The translations under genes and the position numbers were made by a program. The notes under the pieces are model-generated. The model was not told the origin of the DNA. It searched no databases and saw only the letters and a program-made list of their open reading frames with translations. A stretch of 63,623 nt of DNA, the filler included, from Streblomastix strix (Eukaryota): the NCBI GenBank assembly GCA_008636045.1. It is 4 parts of 4 records of this genome, joined end to end, with 100 filler letters (N's around TTAATTAATTAA, not from the genome) between each part and the next. Parts side by side here need not be neighbours in the genome. Positions count along the whole stretch, not along the records: positions 47,796 to 63,623 come from SNRW01000929.1; 3 more parts are not named here. One strand, 5' to 3'. Shown piece by piece: positions 50,783 through 63,623 of the stretch (the stretch's first letter is position 1; every line of letters starts with the position of its first letter).

Positions 50783-53700
50783 TATTATATTTATATTGTA
50801 TAAATAAATGTAACAATTTTATTGAAAATATTGTTTGTTATTTAAAAATAATGGAGTTTTATAAAAAATTACTTTTTGAATACTATTTATAGTATAATAA
50901 AAGGCTAAATTGGTCATGAGTGATAAAATTAATTTATAAATATGTATTTACATACTTTTTTAGATTCGTCTTCAACTTCTAACATTAGACGTCTAGTGTT
51001 GTAAAAGGATAAAAATAAAATTTAAGGTTCGGTTTCTAATTTTAAAATTAAAATCTGTAATTTAAAATTATCATTATATTTAAAAATAAAAGCAATATCG
51101 AAAAATTTCCTACAATTTATTAACTCATAGTTTTTATTAGGGATGTTGGTGAAACCAAAACCTGTGGTGAAGTCAAAACCGCACTTTTTGATTCTTATAT
51201 TTTTCAAAATTTATATCAAAATTTATTTGTATTTTGAAATATATAAAAAAATCAGAGTAATATTTCAAAAAATTCATTTTTTGTTATTATTGTAAGCAAA
51301 AGGACCTAATGATTGTGCAGATTTCAATATGTTTGATTAATTTTATGATTGTGATTATTAATCATATTATTATAATTATGATTTTATATCAATAATATCT
51401 TTCGTTAATAAAGTGATTAGTTAGAATGCCGAATCTAATTTGCTTCTTAAAGTCTATAATTTAAATTATAAATATCGATTATTAGAATAGTTTGAGCTTA
51501 TAATTGATCAATTCTAAATTTGGAAAAGTTGATTTAATTTTCTAATTTATTCTGATAACCAAATGAATAAAATTTAATAATTATAGGAAGAATTCAATTT
51601 TTAGTTAAATTTAAAAATTTTTCAATTTTAGATTGATCATATATTTACTGCCATCAACATTATAAATTTCCAACTAAAATTAGAATATAGCCATCCAAAA
51701 AGTCAGCGTTTGAAAAATTTCAATAAGTAATATTGATAATATTCAAATACGTATTTCAAAAAAATTGTTTATTCTCATTGCAAAAAATTTAAATAAAATT
51801 TATTTGATTCTATGTTACGTTTGCTTTAACTTCAAATATTTTTTTTTTAATATTTGTTTTAAATTCTAATTGTTCTTTTATGAATCGGATTTAATTCATT
51901 TTGATTCTTTTCTAATATATTTATTAATAAATCCATAGGATTTCAGTATTAAAAATTTGAAAGAGAGAAAGAGTAAAAAAAAAATAAACAAAAGAAAAAT
52001 AAAAGTTAAACTTCAAAATTATAAATTAATATACAAATTAGAAAAAATTTCAAAAAAATTAAAAGAACCTGAATTACGTACGAAAATGAAAAATAACTAT
52101 TTGGTAAATGAAGTATAATCTGCAAATGTTTTAAATAAATTAAAATTAAAAATAAATGTTATTATCTATTATTAAGAATTAATTAATATGCATAATCTTC
52201 TATTTTAATATTTATTGAAATCATTTAATTAAAATTTTGAGACGATTGTTGACCTATATCTAGTCATTCCAACAATTCATTTAATTCAAAATCAAGAAAT
52301 AAGAATTTAGAGCCTCAAAATTATCTATTCAAAGCAAATTATACTGATCTCAGTAAAACAAGAAAAATTTTACGTATTTAAAATTATGGAATAGAAAATT
52401 GTAGACTTTTGACTTTGTTTTTAATGTATAAATTATATCCATGTAAACAATAAATTTTTGCACAGCAAGTATTTTAGAGATTAAAGGATTTGTGCAATCA
52501 TATGACCAATGCATTTTGCACATTCTCAAAATAAAACGATGATTTCAAAAAATAAAAAGTTATAAAATCAATAGAATCAGTTTAGGAAAGGAGATGTTGA
52601 AAAATAAATAATTATTAACTTTTTTGATATTTACTATTGTTTAATTAATGTCTAATTTAAACTAATTAATTTTTAAATTAACAATTAATTTAAGATTTAA
52701 ATAATTAAATTTATTAAATTACTGCAGCGAGATAAAGTGTCTGTACTCGACTTTTTTATATATAGAATAAGAATCGTATGTTGTAATATATATAAACTAT
52801 ATATATACAGGGTCGACAAACTCGGATCGAAATTTATTAATTCTATCTCGGCTCTCATATGCTCCAGGTGAGGTAATGGTTAATGGTTCGGTTTGTGCGA
52901 GAGGAGAAATCATATTGAACAACTGCAAAAAAGTTGGAGTGAAAATAAGTATAATGAATAATTTAAATAGAAAGCTTCAAAAACGAATTATTATGAAAAA
53001 AAAAATTTTTTTAGATAAATAAATTTGTGCTGAAGATAAATTAACTAACATTTAGAATAAAGTTATAAAGTTTCATATAAAATATTAATGTTAATGCAAA
53101 AATGCAACCTGTATATATAAAATCCACAGTGTTAGAAAAATAATAAAATTTTTGCTAAGATTTTTTTATTTACTCGATTTTTTAAAGCCTAAAATTTTGT
53201 AATAATTTCATGAAATTTAGCAAGTAAAAGAAAATAATATCAAGTTTTTTTTATCTGTAAGTTTAGTATAGTCATATATTTTTTTAATTAGTTGAAATTT
53301 ATAATAAATATAGATTAAAAAACCGATTTTATTTAAAATTTTTTGAATATAAGTTGAAACGCAAAAAATTTATGAAAAATCAATTATAAATTGAAACAAT
53401 TGTCATTTTTTTGATTTCTTTATGCACTTAAGGTACATTATTATTGTTATTGTAATTATTATTATTGCCATTATAACAATCTTTATTATTATGCCATACA
53501 GGCCTATTAGATAAACATTTGCTTCTATTGAACAAGAAACCTTTGAATTGTTTTTTCATTGACATCTGCTGCTTAATTATAGCAAAAGAATTAAATCAGA
53601 TCATTAGAGAAATATCTATTAAAACATGGTTAAAATAAAGAGTGGAAAGAATAGTATACCTAACAATTAGAATGCAACCATTTGCGAAGTATACTACATT

Positions 53701-53789
53701 TAATTAGAACCAGCAAAATTAAGAAGTTATGATAATGCTAGCAAATAATAGTAAGGTAGCTAAGAGAAATTGGAACAGCACCTACAATA

Positions 53790-56700
53790 AGTCGAGCTGA
53801 CCTCGATTATTGCACATGAGATCACTCATTGGGACCCAAATCGTTCAAAAGTGAAGTAATATTAATATGCAATAAACAAAATAACATATTGCAATTGCTT
53901 CAACATTAATCTTTACTATCCTTTGGTTCCCTATTTTGTTTCTTTCAGTCATTTTGATGCGTTTCTTCAATTGATCCTACTGGGACATATTCGCATCTGA
54001 TTCAGCTCGCTTTTTATATCTATTTCCTCGATCATTGCTCTTCCATCTCTTCGCTTGTCTCTGTGAACTCATTCCTCTTTCAAGGGAGCGCAACGTAGTT
54101 GCGAAGGGTAGAAGGGTTCAGCTCGCTTTATTACGGGTGGTGTTAAGTAACCCTTCATTTCATTATAGATTCTATCATCCATCTTGCATAAGGCGAGCTG
54201 ACCTCGTTTATTGCACATGTAAAATATTTATAGAATGAAATGTGTATGATACTATATTATTTATTTTAATGAATGATTTATAATTCTAATTTGATTAATA
54301 TATTTATTGCTTCCGGCCTCGTTAAACCTCCATTTGGGAAGAAAGAATGCAGAGTGAAAAATATTCTCTTTAGTTTTAATGAATATATTTGCTAATGTAT
54401 TTGGTATACATATTTATTATTTATATATTTATTTCTCATTTCATATATAATTTCTTAATTTATTATATAATATCATAACAATATATTTTATTCCTTATTC
54501 TCACTTCAAATATGCATTTATGTTAAATATTATCAGTATTCAATTAATTCTTTCTCATTTCATATATATTTATTTCATATTATATTATTGAATTTATTTG
54601 TTTTTATTGTTTTATCTTATAATATATTTAAATTTATTTGTTATCTAATTTCAACATTCAAACATTTATTATCAACTAATTCAACATACATACATTTCTT
54701 CATTAATCGTTTATTATTATATCATACATACTTTATATTGCATTATATAATAAATAAATAAACCTCACTACATTTATTTACTCATCTTACCCTCTTCTCT
54801 AGTCGAGACGCATTCTGATAGTGCTTTTCTTATGTTATCATTGTTGTTTACTTCGCAATTCTCTCTTCCTATTTCAGCCGACTCACTTAGTCTACTCCAT
54901 CTATTTTTTTCTATCTTAATTTTATCCTTGTTTTGTAATAAGAATATTGCCACCTTTCTTATAGTTGTTACTGACTGATTCTTATCAATGCAGGCGCAAC
55001 TCATGACTACATGTATCTCTTTACTGCATTTTTCTGGTAAATAGGATCTCTTATTTTCACTACTTCTCCACAATAAGTCCTTAATTGTAGTCTTGGTTTT
55101 TCCCTTATCATTCCACGCATCTTACCGTGCAATTAGACACACTACTTTATTATCTACTCTTTTCAAATTTACTTCTTCACTTCCTCTTTTCCTTTTTAAT
55201 AAAAATTTACATATAATTATTGTTACTTGCTCTATTTCCGTTATACTTAGCATAACTCTTTGTATTTCTGATAGTCTTATTACCGAATACAAAATATATA
55301 TGGTTATGACTACTCTACTTAACTCATTAATTGTTAATTTTCCTTCATCTCTTTATATACTAAGTTTAATTATGTAGTAGAACAGCTACTCCATTTGCCA
55401 GATTGTTACTTTTCTAATAACTTTCCTTGTATTTGAAACTGGCCTTAACATTACTTATCCTATAACCTTATTTCTTGTATCATTTTCTTCTCTCCTCATT
55501 AAATCAAAAATTGTTGAAACTTAAGTCCTTGCTTGTATTACGTATTCGTCTGAATAAATCATTACTATTTCTGTTATATATTCTGCTGTTATTTTATATT
55601 GTTTCTCTTCTCTTGTTAGCAACTCTATGCTAAATCGTCTCCTTTTCAGATTGTCCCAAAAAACCAATAAGGCGCAGGCGTACTTTTTTCTACTTCCATG
55701 CCAGTTATACATTATAGATCTAAATGAATTTCTTGATAATCAGGATGCTTCGAGAGCATTTCGAAATAATCATGCTCCGTCTTATCCCCGTTTACCTCCA
55801 AAGCCAATATCCTCCCCGGAGAAACTTTCAGATTCCTATTCTTCACCTTCGGTTCAATCTCCAATACCTTCTCACACTCTCCAACTCCTTCTCTCTCACC
55901 GTTATTTCCTCTAACTATGTCCACCAAACTTACCCCAGCCAACATGGTACTGTTATTATTCCTTAAGCTCTTTCCTCCATTATTTTCTTTACTACTCTTC
56001 TAATTAATGAAATTGGAGGACATTATAATGGAAACTCTTCCTCCCAAGAAATTCTCATATATTCTTGTTCTTCCTCTTCTTTATTCTTTGCTAATGTAAA
56101 GAATTTCTTATGTTTAGCATTATTTCTTGTTGCGAGTAAATCCACTGTTATCTCTACTTTCCAATCCTTCAAAACCTCCTCTAATACCTCTTTCCTTATT
56201 GAATAATCCCCTGCCATCGACAATCTAGATAACGCGTCCGCTTCTTTATTCAATTTCCCAGCGATACGTCATATTGTTAATGTCCATCCATTTTCCTATT
56301 CTTTCTATAAAATCGAATCTATCGTTTTCCTCAAATGATACTATGCCTTTGCTTCTCTTATTGAGAAACACGCTGTTCTATTATCTGTTTCTATTAATAT
56401 TCAACAATATTCCTATTGGTTAATATACAGCATGGTGAAAATGTCCGATGAAGAAATTTTTCTAAAGATCCAAAAGAGTTTATATGAAATTAATATTATA
56501 TATGTATGTAACAAATGTATTTGTATAAATTATATCTATTAAGAATTCATATCTGTTCTATTAGAATTTTTAATTTTATGGAAAAATTGCATTTAAGGTA
56601 TAGATTTTTTTAAATAACTGAACTGGAAAGTACTGATGAACCATGATTTCATTAATTTATTCCTTTCATTATTATTATATTCATTCTCTATCATATTCCA

Positions 56701-59700
56701 AAAGGACATCATCCATAGATGAAAATTCATTTTATTGATTTTTTGCATATTTTATACAAAAAAATTTATTGTGAAAATACGCATAATTTCAAATCTTCAA
56801 ATTTCATATAATTTGTTTATATAAATGATTTATTATAATAAATTTTAATTAATATATTAATTTTATCTAAAATTAAATGTATATTCAACAAAAGTAATAT
56901 AATATTGTAAGTAAAAAATAAAATGAAATTATACTTATTTTCATAATAAATTTTTTAACAAAAAATATGCTAAAAATCAATAAAATGAATTTTCATCTAT
57001 GGATGATGTCCTTTTGGAATATGATAGAGAATGAATGTAATAGTAATAATGAAAGGAATGAATTAATGAAATCATGGTTCATCAGTACTTTCCAGTTCAG
57101 TTATTTAAAAAAATCTATACCTTAAATGCAATTTTTCCATAAAATTAAAAATTCTAATAGAACAGATATGAATTCTTAATAGATATAATTTATACAAATA
57201 CATTTGTTACATACATATATAATATTAATTTCAAACAATCTCTTTTGGATCTTTAGAAAAATTTCTTCATCGGACATTTTCACCATGCTGTATTCTTTCA
57301 GCACTTGTTCTGCTCTGAGTTTCGCAAGAATCTCTCGCAAGTTCGAATTCTCCTTATCCGCTTCCTATTATCCGTAAATCCTTCTAATTCGCACATTATC
57401 CTTAATCACACTTGCTCCCCCATCCGGAGATTGATGCATCAGTCTAGATTGTTACTTAATTCTGTCTATCATCTATCATTTTTAGTTAATTATTCTCTAA
57501 TTGGTTCATCCACCAATATAGTTCTGTCAAAAACTTCTTCGTTACTATCATTTCGCTTGCCTATTCAATTACTCTCGCAGCTTTGCTTAATTATTAATTA
57601 TTTGATATAGATGTAGTCCTCCTTGTTTGAGATATGGATTGGAAAACTTGAGCTTACCAACCAATCTTGCCATGCTTTTAATCTTTTGAGATCTTTATTC
57701 GATTTTTAGTTCTATTTATCTTTGAACTAATGTTTTTAACTCCTTACTTTTTTTTTGCAAGTCAATATAATTCTCATCGGTATTGAATTAAACATCGATC
57801 CCAAGAACACAGTTTGATAGTCCAGTTTCAACCAACTCTTACTTTCGTTGATCATCCATCCATATTTCCGAAACTCCTTCAGTATCCACTCTATTTCTTT
57901 CTTCATCTACTGATAATCCAGCATCAGAAATAGAATGTTGTCCACGTAATTAATGATTCGTACTGGACTTTTATTTCTCACTCTGCCTGTTGTTATTTAT
58001 ATTGTCTTTGCAAAGGTCTTCGGTGCTACCGAGATTCCAATTGACATTCCCACTTGTGTGTAATGAATCTATGTGTGCGTAAAGACTAGGTATTTATCCA
58101 ACTCCCCAGTTATTGCTATATTGTTAAACGCCGATTTGATGTTCATCAGGCATGCCCAATCATCTTTATTCCTTATTTCCAGTACCTTATTCAAGTTGTT
58201 TGTTTTCAAATGCTGCGATTTCAATTGAGTGTTCAGTTGTCGGCATTCCATTATTTTCATAAATTCTTCTCCCGAATTATTAATAGCAAACGTTCTATTC
58301 TACAGTAGGACTTCCTGTTAGTAAATTACTCTAATTTTTCCTTTATTCAATTCTTCCCTTATCAATTGAGCCAGTTACTCCTCCTATTCCTCATTACCAT
58401 TAAAATAGGTTACTCTTCGTAACCATGCCAATATTGCCTTACTCTTTTAGCTTTTCAATCTCGCATAGTATCCTGTTTTAATTGTCTTGTCCATATTTAT
58501 TTTTTTGTAAGCTCTAGTATAAACTAATAAACGGGCTTCAATAATATTTGTGTTAGGGTATGGATCATTGCACCGTTAAAACTTTCATTTCAACGACACT
58601 TAATCCTCAACACTCTTTCTCTCACATTTTTACACTCGCAATTTAACACTATAATTCACAATCTCATTATTTTCACTCTAAATATTCATTTTCACTCTCA
58701 CTTATTGCCCTTTTAATGGTATGATGTTGGGGTTGAAGGCTCCTCTACCTCATATTCCACGTCTTCTTGCCTGAAATCCTCTTCCTGCCGCTGTTTCTCA
58801 CCCGTAATTGAACTAACGCGCAGCATTCGGTGTTTATTGTATCGCGAATGGTTGGAATGGTTGTAATGACTAGAACTGTAGGTACAGATGCTACTACTAC
58901 TATGGTTATCGGGTTTAAGATTATTATTATCTAAATGGCCCTTATTGATATGGAAAATACAACTAATCCGCATAAATAAAGTCCAGATACCCTTTTAATA
59001 CCTTCAAAACTGTCATCAGAAAATATATCCGCAGGCAAAATACTACCTGTAACTACTGCTCCTAGTTCCCTTGGCGCATTTCCAAGTTCTCTAAGCTCTG
59101 CCACAGCATTTGCACCTACACTCAACATTGAATAAATATGGATAAGCTGCTTAACGTTGTCATAACAACCTAATCCATTCATCATTGTAACCAGTAAAGC
59201 CTATTATGCATCTATTAGCCCAGTCATCGCAATAGCGTACTATTCGGCATGTTCCAGCCTTGTCCTAGCTTTTGGCATTACTACTTTCCAGTATGATCCC
59301 AAATGTCTAAACTTACTCAATTCCCCTAAATTCGAATGATCTATCAGATTATCCCAGCAGCTTAAATGTTGAAGCTTATACAGCCATTTCCTGCCCAAAA
59401 TCTTCGCCGTTTGTTTTTCGGGGCTCTAGCGTTTTATGTCATGCGTTCTCTACCTTTATTAGCCATTATTCATCCTGCCCGACCTTGCTCCTTACTGTTT
59501 GTGCTACTTGTTTAGTCTTTACGGAAATCCCTAGAAGGGCTACACTCAGCCTTCGTCCCCGTCTCCCTGTTGCAAATCTATCACCATCTTCTATATAAGA
59601 TCCCCATTCTTACCTCATGCTTTCTTTTATGATTGCACCGGCTTTATATATTTTATGTCAAGGCTCCTTTTCTCCTTTTTTATAAATAAATCCTTCGGAT

Positions 59701-60068
59701 CCTCTAGACACACCGCATTCATATCATTGTCCAATATTCGTCTACATAGATACTTCATCTTCAACTCGTAGTTTTCATCATGTATGCTAAGTGTAGATGT
59801 CGTAAATGGGCATTCAGCAAGCATAACTTAAATTTCAGCTTCGAACTGCTGCTTCATGCGCTCTCCCATCATCGCCTTCATATTGTTCGCATATTCAATG
59901 CTCTTTCTCGCCAATTGTTCGGTCTACGTACTAGTATGCATGTAGGAACCTTGGTTCTCGTTTATATTTGATCAATTTAGACACTATTGAGTGGGCACAT
60001 GTGCAATTAACGAGGTCAGCTCACCATATGCAAGGAGGATTACTTATTCCGCAATGATATGAAAGGTT
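53790..60068 (-). mobile_element. Decayed DIRS-type tyrosine-recombinase retrotransposon (gag-like, RT, RNase H, methyltransferase-like domain, YR)
   Basis: RT: DWACLMNIKSAF, GMSIGISVAPKTF, IINYVDNIL, GWMINESKS, VFLG. RNase H: LIETDNRTA, LNKEADALSRL. MT-like: TVDLLATRNNAK, PPISLI, ITVPCWLGQVWW. YR remnants at about 54780-55500. A terminal motif gagctgacctcg..ttgcacatg occurs at about 53794 and 54195, and inverted at about 59997-60023. Confidence 0.9.
56428..57290. mobile_element. Non-autonomous long-TIR (foldback/MITE) element, Tc1/mariner-like, inserted into the DIRS pol region
   Basis: TA-CAGCATGGTGAAAATGTCCGATG...CATCGGACATTTTCACCATGCTG-TA. The inverted arms are about 325 bp (56428-56750 versus 56965-57290) with a few differences, around an AT-rich ~200-bp spacer with no ORF. 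Confidence 0.88.
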
Positions 60069-62189
60069 CTCATCATTGCCAAAAAAATTAGAAAAAATTT
60101 ATAAATTAATAATTTAACCGAATGTTATCATTCGAATGGTGTATTGGAAATATATTGAAATCGCACTTTATAGAAATTAAAACAATTTTAGCAAATATTG
60201 GTAATGTAATTATATTATATCATTATTGCCAGAAAAACTGCCAGATATTTAAAAGTTATTAATAATGGGAAGGTTAATATTTGATTAACAAATTGCATTT
60301 AAATAGAAATCACGCTTTAAAAAAATTATAATTGATGATGGATAAGTGTGACATTGGTTTTTAAGAATGACATACACGGTGTTGCTAGGCAACATTTTAA
60401 AAATAAAAATGTCTTAAATAAAAAAAATTAAAAAATTTATTTTTTTGTGTTTGAATTTCAATTTAAGTATAAAAAAATAATTTAAATAATTAGTAAATAT
60501 ATAGAAACTTGTTAAAAAGTGAAATATCTATAATAATAGCAAATTAATCTTTTAGAATAAAATATTTTTTTAGCTAATATGTAGCTTTTTTATATTTATA
60601 TAGCGTAATAAATTTTATTTGAATTAATTAACTAAAATATTCATCATAACATGCAGATGGTTGCGTTCGTAATATCCTGTCTCATCGGATTACCTTATCA
60701 CACTTTGTGACATTGTCACACTTTGTTACCCACTGATTTCACTCCACGGAAACAACTACTTTGTACGAAGTTATATAATATTTTTACATGTTTAATTATT
60801 TATGCAGTGTGTCGAAATATTTTATACATAAAATAATATGCTAGACTTCGGGTTTTCATACCCAATTATCATGATATGTTGTACTGTTTGTATCACCAAA
60901 CTATATAAAATTTATTACATTTAATATTAAATCAATTCTTAATCATTATCAATAATAATTATAAATATTCAAAATAATTAGATTAATTAATATGAAATAT
61001 AAGAATTTCATATTAAAATAGAGATTCATTAGTGAATTAACCAGTGAAAGATGACTCTCTTAATTTAAATTGAATTTCAATTTTATTATATGAATAATTT
61101 TAATTTGACTAAATAATATTTCTTTCATCTAACAATATTTCTTAAAAAAATCAAATTAATTTTCAACAAATCAAACTTTTTTTCATTTTCTGCTATTATT
61201 TTTGAAGCGAAATGAATATTATTAAGATATTTTGATATTTTAATTATTTTTTTTAACTTAGAATTCATGACAATGCAACTTTGATTCAGCGTTAATCACA
61301 AATATATTTATTCAATTTTGCGATTTGATGACTAAAAAGTGCATATTGTTTGTAAATACAATTAAATTTAAATGTTTATAAAATTAGTATATGTGTTTAT
61401 AAATATTATATATATATGACATTATACAATAATTACTGTAATTTATATAATTTTAGCAGTTTTTTTTATTAAATTAAATATATTATATGAAGAATTTGAA
61501 AAAATAACATTTATTTTCTTTTAAAAAAATGCCCTTTTTGAATATATTTTTTTTTAATTTTAAAAATTAAATAAAATATCTTAATTCAATTAATAAAATT
61601 GAAAAAAATTTATTTTTTAAAAATTAGAAAAAAAATATTTTGTTTTTTTAAATTTTATCGCTTGTGATGCGATTTGAATAAACAAAATTTATTTTATAAA
61701 CTAATTTTTTAAATAAATAATTAATGAAAAATTAAAAAAAAAATGTAATTGATAATATTTATTTGTAAACAGATTAAATTCATTTTCAGTTTATTAAATT
61801 TCAGAAAAAGTATATTAATTTTTTTTTTAATTTTTATAGTTCATTAACATTTTTCTAGAAATAATAAAAAACTAATTTTTATTTTTAAACTTTTCCATTT
61901 TTAGTTTAGAAATACATTAATTCTAGAATTTTGAACTTTAAAAATTTACTTAAATTTTGAATATTCATCCATAAATAATTTTTGATAGAAAATCAATCTA
62001 TATAACCAGAATTCACTAAGATCCATGCGAACCTAATATTATTATTTTATAATTAAATATATGTATTAAACTTAAAAAGTGCAATAATAATAATAATAAA
62101 CATTTTCTTCATTTGAATAAATTTTATATTTATGTGAGTTAAGTCATATAATTTCATCTCTTTGATTACAACTAATATAAAATAATTTC

Positions 62190-63150
62190 AGAGGATCATT
62201 TCAAAGAAGGATACGATTTAGAAACAATTTACATTGCAATATAAAAGAAAGATGGAGTTTTGTTCCTTTGAAAGATTAATATAAATTTTTAGGAAAAATT
62301 ATTTCGATTCACAGGAAGCATCATATACTGTATCTAACAACCTGGATTGCCAAAAAACATGCTTCTTTGGAAAAAATATAATTTAAATTTTAATAAAAAT
62401 CTTCAATTGCATATTGTCTGTACCAACTGTTTCCTTAAAATGATATGAAAACATTAACTGAGACAGTTATTAAAGACATGGATATGATTAAATTATCTAA
62501 AAGACGGGTTCCAAATTAGATGAACAATTAAAATCTAAAAGATTGACTTAATTTCGTATTAATGTTAATTGAATTGTTTGGACTGTTTAATGAAAATAAT
62601 TTCATTGAAATAGTGATTTGCGATTAAATTTTGCTCTAAAGTGATAACCACAAATGTTCTGAATGAATGAATTGTAGTGATAAACCTTCAATAGCTGTTA
62701 AAAATAGATATTTGTTTTTAATAAATAATGCTTGTAGCACTTTGGGCGTTATAAAAAATTTTGATATTTCACTCTTTACCAATTTAGATATCAGCTACTT
62801 CAAAGTCTTTGGTTGGTTTCAATCTTATTCGTTTTCATGATGCTATATTAATAGAGATACTTTAATTAAAAGAGACTAAAATACGTTGTGACAGTTTCAT
62901 AGCTCAAAACAGTTTCTTCATTTAAAAATTTATTGATTAAAAATCATTTAAATGTATTGAACTTCTTACATATTCAACAAATTTATCAGTGTTCGAATTT
63001 TATCTTTTCTGTTTAATAAAAAAATAGAATAATTAAAGAAAATAGGTTTAAAAAAGCAGAAGAAGTTACTTTGGCTTTAAAATAAATTCTTAGCTAAAAA
63101 CTTTAACTCATATTTAAAAAATGCATTTCAAAACTAGCACGTTCATGTAA
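62190..63150 (+). mobile_element. Possible highly decayed mariner transposase relic
   Basis: TETVIKDMDMIKLSKRRVPNQMNNQNLKD resembles the mariner K.S.RWVP..L linker, and the downstream FIEIVICD resembles RIVTGDE. Heavily disrupted. Confidence 0.35.
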
Positions 63151-63623
63151 GATATTAAAATTCAAATGATGGAACAAAAATTTTATATGAAATTTTTTAA
63201 ATAAAAATAATATGTAATTATATAAAATTTAACTATTCATATATATTATTTTTGAAGTATTTAATAGAATAAGAGACTTTTTAAATTTTTTAACAAAATA
63301 TGTAGCTATTATTAATTATAATTAATAGATTATCATTATTTTTGTATATATGTACAAGTTTTTAAAAATTGTAATAATAAATAATTTACGGAATATTTAA
63401 TAATGTCTTTTTGGATGGACTAATTTTTTTTCTTATATTACGCTTTTAATATTTCTAATTCAAAAACAAATAAATTGTTTTCAAACACATCATATAATAA
63501 TTATAACGTTTCACACCGTGAAAATGTTTTTCTTACCAACTATGATCAATCCGTCACTGAACTTACTAAATAGCAATAAATCAAACGCTTACAGATTAGG
63601 CAAATAATCAAAATCATCCCTAA

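Noticed and set aside
53794..54220. Repeated 25-nt motif as a possible CRISPR-like array
   Set aside because: There are only two direct copies 400 nt apart plus one inverted copy, which is better explained as DIRS ITR/ICR.
60707..60730. Short repeat and palindrome tcacactttgtgacattgtcacactttg
   Set aside because: It is too short and isolated to assign any function.
1..63623. tRNA, rRNA, snoRNA or telomeric repeats; a prokaryotic operon or defence system
   Set aside because: None was recognisable by eye, and all recognisable genes are eukaryotic or transposon-derived. An Infernal or tRNAscan run would be needed to exclude small RNAs.

Overview
This window is not one locus. It is four unrelated, size-sorted eukaryotic contigs (1-15836, 15937-31766, 31867-47695, 47796-63623) joined by artificial 100-nt N/TTAATTAATTAA/N spacers. 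The DNA is very AT-rich and has short GT-AG introns. It uses a non-canonical code in which TAA/TAG read as Gln and TGA is the only stop, so the supplied ORF track fragments or misses nearly every real gene. The code and gene content suggest a flagellated protist, most likely an oxymonad like Streblomastix (inference). Contig 1 is gene-dense: a P4-ATPase, an NAD-dependent epimerase, a broken XPB, an SF-assemblin-like gene, DNAAF1, a cyclin Y-like gene and a WD40 gene. Contig 2 holds a decayed Helitron with a candidate 3' hairpin, a Q-rich SPRY gene and Pmp-like beta-helix genes. Contig 3 holds a protein-primed PolB fragment, an OTU relic, an ARM/SPRY gene, a Ham1 fragment, an expanded calnexin, Sec22 and a WDR6-like gene. 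Contig 4 holds a UFD1/UBX-like/TRAF-zinc-finger gene, a decayed DIRS retrotransposon with a long-TIR MITE inserted in it, and a possible mariner relic. I found no convincing new multi-gene system. The best leads are odd domain architectures and the nested mobile elements. All translations were done by eye and boundaries are approximate.
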